From the IMG/VR virus record IMGVR_UViG_3300032116_000016: a stretch of DNA of 64,000 bases; one strand, written 5' to 3'. Shown piece by piece: positions 1 to 8,192 of this stretch. The DNA comes from a virus. Position numbers and translations under genes: made by a program. The notes below the pieces were generated by a model. That model ran no database searches. It was not told the origin of the DNA and was given only the letters and a program-made list of their open reading frames with translations. Numbering within the stretch: the stretch's first letter is position 1; the number at the start of each line of letters is the position of its first letter.

Positions 1-2
1 TT

Positions 3-296
3 GCTCTTCGACAGAACGCTATCCCGTTGATGGGAAAAACAATTTCCAAGAATTTAGAGTACGCACTTCTCCGTCATAGTGTAGAGAACATCGTCATCTT
101 TCTTGACGCTGATGCTCGGATGGATGCATTGAAACTTGAACACCGATTGAAGCAGTATGAGATTGACACAAAACTCGTCTTGACCGATGGAAAAGATGCG
201 AGTGAGATGGGATTCACAACTTCGTGGGATGCAATTGATTCCGCAAAAACAACGAATTTCAAGCAGTTTATTGAACAGAGGTTATCTATCGCATGA
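3..296 (+). CDS. DNA primase, C-terminal TOPRIM portion (5'-truncated by the window edge)
   Basis: Frame is open from base 3 (ALRQNAIPLMGKTIS...IVIFLDADA...KDASEMG). The NAIPLxGK, LDxDA and KDxxE motifs match DnaG/gp61-type TOPRIM domains. Confidence 0.65.
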   Translation, partial: ALRQNAIPLMGKTISKNLEYALLRHSVENIVIFLDADARMDALKLEHRLKQYEIDTKLVLTDGKDASEMGFTTSWDAIDSAKTTNFKQFIEQRLSIA

Positions 297-3200
297 AAAT
301 AAAAGTTCCGTTTAAGAAATTACAGCACGTTATACATTTAGCCGATATCCATATTCGTTTGTTCCGTAGACACGATGAATATGAGCAGGCATTTAGTCGT
401 TTATATCAAGACATTCGTGATAAGCAGTTGAAGAACTTTGTCATCGTATTAGCCGGTGACATCGTTCACGCTAAAACCGATATGAGTCCAGAAATGGTTG
501 AGGTGACTTCTCGTTTCTTAAAGACTATTTCGGATATTGCACCGACCATTATGATTGCAGGTAACCACGATTGTAATCTTGCAAATACAAATCGTATGGA
601 TGCACTTACACCCATCGTAAACAACCTCCAACATCCCAATCTCTATTATGTAAGAGAAAGTGCATTGGTCGAGGTTGCTGATACCACGTTTGCGGTGTGT
701 TCTATCTTTGACGAACAAGAGAACTGGCCAACCGCTGATGAGATTGACGAAGGAACAAAAATTGCTCTCTATCACGGGCCGGTGCACGGTTCTACTACCG
801 ACGCAAACTTTACCATTACTAATCGCCACGTACACGTTGATTCATTCAATGGGTATGATATCGTTATGCTCGGAGACATTCACAAGCATCAAGTTCTTAA
901 GGAAGCTGACCCAATTATTGTCTATGCTTCAAGTCTTATTCAACAGAACCACGGAGAGACGCTCGAGAATCACGGTTGGTGTCTCTGGGATATTCCGTCA
1001 AAGAGTTTTGAATTTATCCCACTTGAAAATGACTACGGATATGTAACACTTGAAGTACATGATACAAAGATTACATACCCTGCGAATATGCCCAAGAACG
1101 CCAGAATGCGTCTGTTTACAGGTGATTTGGAAAACACACAAGTCAAGAAAATTATTACCACACTGCGAAACAACTACAACATCATCGAATTGAGTGTCAG
1201 TAAGAATCGATTTAACAAGACAGTTACTCGTCTCGCAAATGCGACACACGATGCGTTAGATTTAACAGACGTGCCGACACAGAATACACTCATCAATCAA
1301 TGGTTAGGACGTAATTATTCTACATTGGATCCCGATGTGTTACGGGCAATTGAAAAGATTAACAAGGATTTGAACGGGAAGATTGCACACGATGATCATT
1401 CTCGTAATATCCATTGGCGTCCGCTGAAGTTTACCTTCTCCAATATGTTCTCGTATGGGGAAGATAACGAAATTGACTTCACCGACATGAAGGGTGTGTA
1501 TGGTGTATTCGCACCAAACGCTTCTGGAAAAAGTTCTATTATGGATGCGTTGATGTTCTGTCTCTATGACAAGACTCCACGTGCGTTTAAGGGTGACCAC
1601 ATCATCAATAACCGAAAAGATAGCTTTGAATGTGAACTCACATTTGAAATTAACAACGAAGTGTTTGGTATTAAGCGGGTTGGTACCAGAAAGAAGAATG
1701 GTGATGTCAAGGTTGATGCCTCATTTTGGAAGGTGCAAGACAACGGAGACAAACTCAATCTCAACGGTGAGGACCGACGAGATACGAACGCTAGCATTCG
1801 TTCGTATGTGGGAACCTATGAAGATTTCGTGATGACAGCATTGAGTAGTCAAAACAGTAATGCCCTCTTCATCGACAAATCACACTCGGAACGAAAAGAC
1901 TTACTTATTCAGTTTATGGGATTGAATGTATTTGATAAACTGTTTGATGCGGCTCACGGAGAGAGTAAAGAAATCTCCGGCGTCCTCAAGCGATTTAAAA
2001 AGTCTGATGTCACCGACCAGATTGCTGAAACGCAGAATAAATTAACTACCGAGTCAGTTGTAATGACAGAGGTGGAAGAAGAAAAAGAATACTATGAAAA
2101 CTTTATACTTGGACTGAATGAAGAGTATAAAGTACAACATACATTAAAACGCCCCGTACCCGAAACATCGGGAGATATTGACGAACTAGAATCAACACTT
2201 AAAAAGCATCAGACCAAGTTGAAGAAGATTCAAGAAGATATGTCATACACCGATATGAAGGTACAATCGGAACGTAATGAATTAAAGATGGTAGAGGATG
2301 ACTTTGAACAATATGATATTGCTAAACTAGAAGAGTCTATTGCAAACTGGAACAAGTTAAATGATTTGTTAAGTAAGGGAAATAGCGCCCTTCGTGTTGT
2401 TAACACCAAGATAGAAGAGAAGGACAAGTTTAAGACTAAACTATCGGGGTATAAGTACAATCCGAAGTGTGATGTTTGTGTTGCGAACAACGCTTCAGTT
2501 ATCGAAGATTTAACGGCAGTAAACGCTGAGTTGGATGAGTTGAACGCCAAACGGTTAATTCAAGAAGATTCTATCACCAGAATTATTGAACAGATGGAAC
2601 CGTTGGAAAATGACAAAAAGGAATATGAAGAAGCACAAGAGTTAAAGGATACAATCAATACGTGGAAGCAAAAATTGAACGAATCCGAGACAGCTCTTGC
2701 CACCCTAACACTTGCACAAGAAAAGACACAGAATGTAATTTCAGCCGTCGAATCGGATATCGTAACATATAAGACCAACGAAGAAAATATCTTATATAAT
2801 GCAGATATTGATAGTAAGTTAGAAGAGATTCAACAGAAGATTGCGGAAAACAAAAAGGCTTTACAAAAAGTTGATAATAGACTTCGTGAAATCCACGGCA
2901 CAATCTCTGTATTAAAGGCAAAAAAGGAAGAACTATTAGCAAAACTAAAGGAAGCCGAAGAATTGGAAACAACCTACGAAGCCTATAACCATTATATGAT
3001 GGCAGTTGGTCGTGACGGGGTGCCGTATGAATTGATGAGTAAGGCTATTCCAAATATTGAAGCAGAGATTAATACGATTTTATCACAGATTGTAGACTTT
3101 ACTGTGTCGCTAGAGGTGGATGGTAAGAACATCAGCGGAAAGCTAACGTATGATAATGACCGTATCTGGCCGCTGGAAAACTCGTCGGGGATGGAACGAT

Positions 3201-3454
3201 TTGTCAGTAGCTTGGCAATCCGTGTCGCATTAATGAACGCTTCGAATCTCCCCAAGTCCAACTTTATGATTATTGACGAAGGATTCGGAGTATTGGACGC
3301 AGATAATCTTCATTCCATGCAAACATTGTTTAATATCCTCAAAACTCATTTTGATTTTATACTTATAGTAAGTCACTTGGAGAGTGCACGAGACATGGTA
3401 GATAACTTAATCGAAATTCGCAAGGAGGATGGGTACTCGCAAATTTCGGTGTAA
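293..3454 (+). CDS. Fused Mre11/SbcD nuclease and Rad50/SbcC SMC-like ATPase (T4 gp47-gp46-like recombination complex)
   Basis: N-terminal phosphoesterase motifs (HLADIH, AGDIVH, AGNHD, GDIHK), then Walker A (NASGKSS), coiled coil with zinc hook (KCDVC), signature (SSGME), Walker B/D-loop (IIDEGFGVLD) and H-loop (IVSH). Confidence 0.92.
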   Translation: MKIKVPFKKLQHVIHLADIHIRLFRRHDEYEQAFSRLYQDIRDKQLKNFVIVLAGDIVHAKTDMSPEMVEVTSRFLKTISDIAPTIMIAGNHDCNLANTNRMDALTPIVNNLQHPNLYYVRESALVEVADTTFAVCSIFDEQENWPTADEIDEGTKIALYHGPVHGSTTDANFTITNRHVHVDSFNGYDIVMLGDIHKHQVLKEADPIIVYASSLIQQNHGETLENHGWCLWDIPSKSFEFIPLENDYGYVTLEVHDTKITYPANMPKNARMRLFTGDLENTQVKKIITTLRNNYNIIELSVSKNRFNKTVTRLANATHDALDLTDVPTQNTLINQWLGRNYSTLDPDVLRAIEKINKDLNGKIAHDDHSRNIHWRPLKFTFSNMFSYGEDNEIDFTDMKGVYGVFAPNASGKSSIMDALMFCLYDKTPRAFKGDHIINNRKDSFECELTFEINNEVFGIKRVGTRKKNGDVKVDASFWKVQDNGDKLNLNGEDRRDTNASIRSYVGTYEDFVMTALSSQNSNALFIDKSHSERKDLLIQFMGLNVFDKLFDAAHGESKEISGVLKRFKKSDVTDQIAETQNKLTTESVVMTEVEEEKEYYENFILGLNEEYKVQHTLKRPVPETSGDIDELESTLKKHQTKLKKIQEDMSYTDMKVQSERNELKMVEDDFEQYDIAKLEESIANWNKLNDLLSKGNSALRVVNTKIEEKDKFKTKLSGYKYNPKCDVCVANNASVIEDLTAVNAELDELNAKRLIQEDSITRIIEQMEPLENDKKEYEEAQELKDTINTWKQKLNESETALATLTLAQEKTQNVISAVESDIVTYKTNEENILYNADIDSKLEEIQQKIAENKKALQKVDNRLREIHGTISVLKAKKEELLAKLKEAEELETTYEAYNHYMMAVGRDGVPYELMSKAIPNIEAEINTILSQIVDFTVSLEVDGKNISGKLTYDNDRIWPLENSSGMERFVSSLAIRVALMNASNLPKSNFMIIDEGFGVLDADNLHSMQTLFNILKTHFDFILIVSHLESARDMVDNLIEIRKEDGYSQISV

Positions 3455-3466
3455 TTGGGGATATGA

Positions 3467-6091
3467 ATGGCGCGTACACGAAAATCGATACAACCCCTTA
3501 ATCTTATTAAATATAATGTATTAATTGAAGATAAAGGGACTCGATCAGAATACTTTAAAATATCACAATTTGATGGATATTTCTACGGCGGCCGCAATGC
3601 GTTTCTCATTGCGGGCGCCGGTGTTCTGCGACCAAATTCTAAAATTTTAGTAGAAATATTAAATTCAGATGGAGATACAGTATACAGCGTACCGGTTCAA
3701 TCGTTTGTTGAAGGTAATTCACGATTAATTCAAGTAGAAATTTATTCAGATACGCCTATTGGACCTGGGAAGATTGTTATATTAGGATGTGCCGATACCT
3801 ATATCGATGGAAAACCTATTCCATCTGAATGGTCTGATAAATTTAATGTTCGATGGATTTCTGATGTAGTAATTTCACCTTTAGTAGAAAATAGAACACC
3901 TATAAGATTTTTACGTTCGCCTGAACTTATAGTAGAGGAAAAATTTTATCTTGCACCAAGTTCTTCTGCTTTTACTCAATCCGCACAAGAACAAGTTGAT
4001 TTACAAATCTCACCTAAATATTTTAGTGTGTTTCCAAACGGATATTTGTTAAAAATAAATGGACCGGATACTAGTACTAGATTTTTTTCTGATTATTTAG
4101 GCGGAGTTGTTACTGGGTCAATAAAATACGATGGACCTAATGGTGCAGAAACTGCTAGTATAAATCTACCAATAACTCGAATATATAATAGAAGTTTCGC
4201 TGAGTCAGAAGGTTCGTTGATATACACGGATAAAAATAATTTAATATTAAGTGGATTTATTAGTAGTAGTGGTCAATATTCCACTGCAATTAATAAATCA
4301 AATAATGTAAACTTGACAAGTAGTTTAAATATTGAATACAATCAATTACAAACTTTCTTAACAAAAGAAGCAATATCCTTCGCTAAAATACGACTAGTAA
4401 ACTTAAATACTATATCAGGTGAAATTAACAAAATACGACTGTCGTATAAGCCAGCAACAGAACCAGGTGAGTTTGTCGTATTAGGTGATGTACGTTCAAA
4501 TGTTAGTGAATTATTAGCAGTTGATAGTGGCAGTAAAATAGCAGAAGTTGGAAAATTTAGAGAAATTGATATAGACACATACTGGTATAGTGCTACTATG
4601 TCACTACAAAAATTTCCAGAAACCGATCACCCGGATTCTGTTCCAGATTATTATTTATCTTCTTCGTTAATAACAACGTCAAATTTTTTAAATCAATGTT
4701 GTATAAACTTACTAGATTCTGTAAACGCCAATCCACCAATTTCTAGTAGTAATACTACATTTGAAAATGATGTTTCGTACTTTATTGGAACTCGTGCTTC
4801 ATCCTCTCTACAACTATTCCCACAAACAGAATATACTTTATCGTTTGAAGCGTTTGTATCCAGAACTTCCGGTTCAATTACACTAAATCAATCAGATTAT
4901 TCTATGGAAGTTTATTTAATTCCATTGTCTGGTTCTAAAGTACTAGGTACAGATCCAAGAGGTCAAAGATTAGCGACAATAACACCATCGCAGACTTTTC
5001 AAAGACAAAATTTTGAAACATTAGAATATAATTTTATTCCAAAAACCAAGGAAGTTGGAACGTTTGCTTTACGATTTATAGTTTATGGGGGATTTTGGGA
5101 TATAGCAAATGTATCCATCAAACCAGCAACAGAACCATTCTTTAGTCCAGATGAATTTGATACATTAATCCCTAACGTAAATTATAGAAATAAGTTTGTA
5201 ACGTTTAAAGCAGAATATCTGGATATCAATAACAACTCTATAGGAATATCTACAGTATCATTGCCAACATACTTTGTAGGTTCAGACGCTGTATCTGGAA
5301 GTGGTGGCAGTTATCCATTTACAATTGAAACGGATACATTTGTTGGTGATGCTATTACAAATAATTTTGCTTTGTCAAAGCCATATGACTCTACATCAAT
5401 TATAGTGTCAGTTGATGGCTTAACATATACAGAAACAATAGACTATAGTATATCTGGTACAACATTATCTTTCATTTCCGCACCACCAAGTCAATCTAAT
5501 ATTTTAGTACGAGCATTTCTAAACGTCACAGAAAATTTAACTGGTTCGTTTAGTGGATCATTTTTAGGAAACATAAGTAATGCTGTTACCGCAAGCTATG
5601 CAGAATTTGCTGAAAACGCATTTCCATACAGTGGATCTGCGTTGATAACGGGTTCTCTTACGGTGTCTGGAAGTGGATTAGATGTTACTGGAACAACAGC
5701 AATGCAGGCTATTTTAGAAAAAGCACAAATTCAAAATACTGCAGCCACGGGTACAATAAATTACGACATTGCTAAACAGGTGGTGTTATATTATACTTTA
5801 AATTCTACCAATAATTGGACCTTGAATTTTAGAGGAGATTCTACAACTTCATTAAATACTTTGATGGCAGTTGGACAAACGTTGACACTGGCGTTTTTAG
5901 TAACAAACGGTAGTACTGGATATTATCCAACATCTCACACTATAGATGGAAACGTTATAACACCAAAATGGCAAGGTGGTGCAGTTCCTTCGTCGGGAAA
6001 CACTAATGCTGTAGACATTTACACCTACACCATCATAAAAACAGCAAATGCAACGTTTACAGTGTTTGCATCACAAGTAATGTTTTTGTAA
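3467..6091 (+). CDS. Large virion structural protein (baseplate/tail-associated) ending in a fibre-adaptor-like domain
   Basis: 874 aa, beta-rich. Contains a phage fibre repeat (FVGDAITNNFAL...DYSISGTTLSFISAP) and TGSFSGSF/TASYA motifs. The C-terminal ~125 aa (ILEK...KWQGGAVPSSGNTNAVDIYTYTIIKTANATFTVFAS) is paralogous to ORF 48133-48648. Confidence 0.55.
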   Translation: MARTRKSIQPLNLIKYNVLIEDKGTRSEYFKISQFDGYFYGGRNAFLIAGAGVLRPNSKILVEILNSDGDTVYSVPVQSFVEGNSRLIQVEIYSDTPIGPGKIVILGCADTYIDGKPIPSEWSDKFNVRWISDVVISPLVENRTPIRFLRSPELIVEEKFYLAPSSSAFTQSAQEQVDLQISPKYFSVFPNGYLLKINGPDTSTRFFSDYLGGVVTGSIKYDGPNGAETASINLPITRIYNRSFAESEGSLIYTDKNNLILSGFISSSGQYSTAINKSNNVNLTSSLNIEYNQLQTFLTKEAISFAKIRLVNLNTISGEINKIRLSYKPATEPGEFVVLGDVRSNVSELLAVDSGSKIAEVGKFREIDIDTYWYSATMSLQKFPETDHPDSVPDYYLSSSLITTSNFLNQCCINLLDSVNANPPISSSNTTFENDVSYFIGTRASSSLQLFPQTEYTLSFEAFVSRTSGSITLNQSDYSMEVYLIPLSGSKVLGTDPRGQRLATITPSQTFQRQNFETLEYNFIPKTKEVGTFALRFIVYGGFWDIANVSIKPATEPFFSPDEFDTLIPNVNYRNKFVTFKAEYLDINNNSIGISTVSLPTYFVGSDAVSGSGGSYPFTIETDTFVGDAITNNFALSKPYDSTSIIVSVDGLTYTETIDYSISGTTLSFISAPPSQSNILVRAFLNVTENLTGSFSGSFLGNISNAVTASYAEFAENAFPYSGSALITGSLTVSGSGLDVTGTTAMQAILEKAQIQNTAATGTINYDIAKQVVLYYTLNSTNNWTLNFRGDSTTSLNTLMAVGQTLTLAFLVTNGSTGYYPTSHTIDGNVITPKWQGGAVPSSGNTNAVDIYTYTIIKTANATFTVFASQVMFL

Positions 6092-6093
6092 TT

Positions 6094-8154
6094 ATGACTC
6101 CTATTGTAAACAATATCGGTGCTGCAGCAGCCCGTGGTTTTGGATTTATGATGGTAGTAACGCCTACGCCAACTCCATCAATAACACCTAGTGTAACAAT
6201 AACTCCATCACTTACAAAAACTCCATCAATAACACCAACTGTAACACAAACAACTACTCCATCAAGATCAGTTACACCAACTATTACACCAACACCATCA
6301 ATAACATCTACCCCTAGTGTTACCACAACACCATCAATTACACCTACTCCATCTATTACCACAACGCCAAGTATTACCAGAACACCATCTATTACCACAA
6401 CACCAAGTATTACCCCTTCTATTACTACTACACCATCTGTTACTAAAACGCCGTCTATTACTACAACGCCATCAATTACTAGAACTCCATCTATTAGTAT
6501 TACTCCAAGTATTACTATAACTCCAAGTATAACCCCATCCATTACAACAACTCCAAGTATTACCAGAACACCATCTATTACTACAACGCCATCAATTACT
6601 AGAACTCCATCTATTAGTATTACTCCAAGTATTACCACAACACCGTCTATTACCACAACACCGTCTATTACCACTACGCCATCAATTACTACCACCCCAA
6701 GTATTACCCCATCTATCACAACTACACCGTCTATCACAACTACACCAAGTATTACACCATCTATTACCACAACACCTAGTATTACTACAACGCCATCAAT
6801 TACCACAACACCTAGTATTACTACAACGCCATCAATTACCACAACACCTAGTATTACGCCTTCTATAACTACAACGCCTTCCATTACTAAAACACCGAGT
6901 ATTACTACTACGCCTTCTATTACTAGAACACCAAGTATCACTACTACACCATCAGTAACTACTACACCATCAATTACAATTACTCCAAGTATTACCACTA
7001 CCCCAAGTATTACTATAACTCCAAGTATAACCCCATCCATTACAACAACTCCAAGTATTACCAGAACACCATCTATTACTACAACACCATCTATTACCAG
7101 AACTGCAAGTATTACACCATCTATTACGACTACACCAAGTATTACTACAACACCGTCTATTACTACAACGCCAAGTATTACACCTTCTGTTACCACAACG
7201 CCGTCTATTACTAGAACGCCAAGTATTACACCTTCTGTTACCACAACGCCGTCTATTACTAGAACGCCAAGTATTACACCTTCTGTTACCACAACACCGT
7301 CTATTACTAGAACGCCAAGTATTACTAAAACAGCAAGTATTACGCCATCAATAACTGTAACACCGTCTATTACTAGAACGCCAAGTATTACTAGAACAGT
7401 AACACCATCTGTAACAAAAACACCATCGCCAGTAACGCCGTCACCAACTCCATCACCAACGCCTTCGCCAGTGACGCCTTCGCCAACGCCATCACCAACA
7501 CCTTCGCCGGTGACGCCTTCGCCGGTAACGCCTTCGCCGGTAACGCCTTCGCCGGTAACGCCTTCGCCGGTAACGCCTTCGCCGGTAACGCCTTCGCCGG
7601 TAACGCCTTCGCCGGTAACGCCTTCGCCGGTAACGCCTTCGCCGGTAACGCCTTCGCCAGTAGCATGTTCAGTTGGGTGTATAGGTTCACTTTATTGTAA
7701 AGATTTATATTTAGTAGGATGTACCACTTATCAATTTGCTAACTGTTCTACGGTAGCAAATTACACAGTACAAAATTGCGATTTAACTGATCAAATTTGT
7801 AGTGGAGGTTCTTGTGTAAATACGCCATCGCCAATAACTCCTTCGCCAATAACTCCTTCACCAATAACTCCATCACCAGAAACGCCATCACCAATAACTC
7901 CATCACCAGAAACGCCATCACCAATAACTCCATCACCAGAAACGCCATCACCTGAAACACCATCACCAATAACTCCATCACCAGAAACGCCATCACCAGA
8001 AGCACCTGCGCCTACACCTGCTCCGACATCTTCGTGTCAACACGACACATATGCCTGTTTTGGGGTAGATTTATATTATTGTTCGTTTGGAACCTATGTA
8101 TTAGCATGCGTGGATTATGTAGACTGTGGTGGAAGTCAGTTTTTATGTACATAA
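6094..8154 (+). CDS. Mucin-like T/P/S-repeat virion fibre protein with Cys-rich domains
   Basis: N-terminal peptide MTPIVNNIGAAAARGFG, ~430 aa of TTTPSI-type repeats, VTPSP repeats, an internal Cys-rich module and a C-terminal Cys-rich tip (...CVDYVDCGGSQFLCT). Paralog of 48658-53307. Confidence 0.8.
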   Translation: MTPIVNNIGAAAARGFGFMMVVTPTPTPSITPSVTITPSLTKTPSITPTVTQTTTPSRSVTPTITPTPSITSTPSVTTTPSITPTPSITTTPSITRTPSITTTPSITPSITTTPSVTKTPSITTTPSITRTPSISITPSITITPSITPSITTTPSITRTPSITTTPSITRTPSISITPSITTTPSITTTPSITTTPSITTTPSITPSITTTPSITTTPSITPSITTTPSITTTPSITTTPSITTTPSITTTPSITPSITTTPSITKTPSITTTPSITRTPSITTTPSVTTTPSITITPSITTTPSITITPSITPSITTTPSITRTPSITTTPSITRTASITPSITTTPSITTTPSITTTPSITPSVTTTPSITRTPSITPSVTTTPSITRTPSITPSVTTTPSITRTPSITKTASITPSITVTPSITRTPSITRTVTPSVTKTPSPVTPSPTPSPTPSPVTPSPTPSPTPSPVTPSPVTPSPVTPSPVTPSPVTPSPVTPSPVTPSPVTPSPVTPSPVTPSPVACSVGCIGSLYCKDLYLVGCTTYQFANCSTVANYTVQNCDLTDQICSGGSCVNTPSPITPSPITPSPITPSPETPSPITPSPETPSPITPSPETPSPETPSPITPSPETPSPEAPAPTPAPTSSCQHDTYACFGVDLYYCSFGTYVLACVDYVDCGGSQFLCT
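6150..7430 (+). repeat. Degenerate tandem coding repeat (TTTPSI / TPSI units)
   Basis: Protein-level 6- and 4-residue repeats encoded with mixed synonymous codons. Boundaries are approximate. Confidence 0.9.
7501..7659 (+). repeat. Perfect 15-bp tandem repeat ccttcgccggtaacg (VTPSP)
   Basis: Nine identical copies at 7516-7650, one single-mismatch copy at 7501-7515 and a partial copy at 7651-7659. Confidence 0.95.
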
Positions 8155-8192
8155 AATTGTTATAACTACACAACAACTTTTAGTAGAATATT

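Noticed and set aside
6150-7659. Tandem repeats as a possible CRISPR array
   Set aside because: Units are contiguous, in frame and protein-coding, with no unique spacers and no cas genes.
8030-8154. Near-identical 3' ends of the two fibre genes as a possible DGR template/variable repeat pair
   Set aside because: Differences are mostly third-position synonymous changes rather than adenine-specific, both copies are in intact ORFs, and no reverse transcriptase is present in the window.
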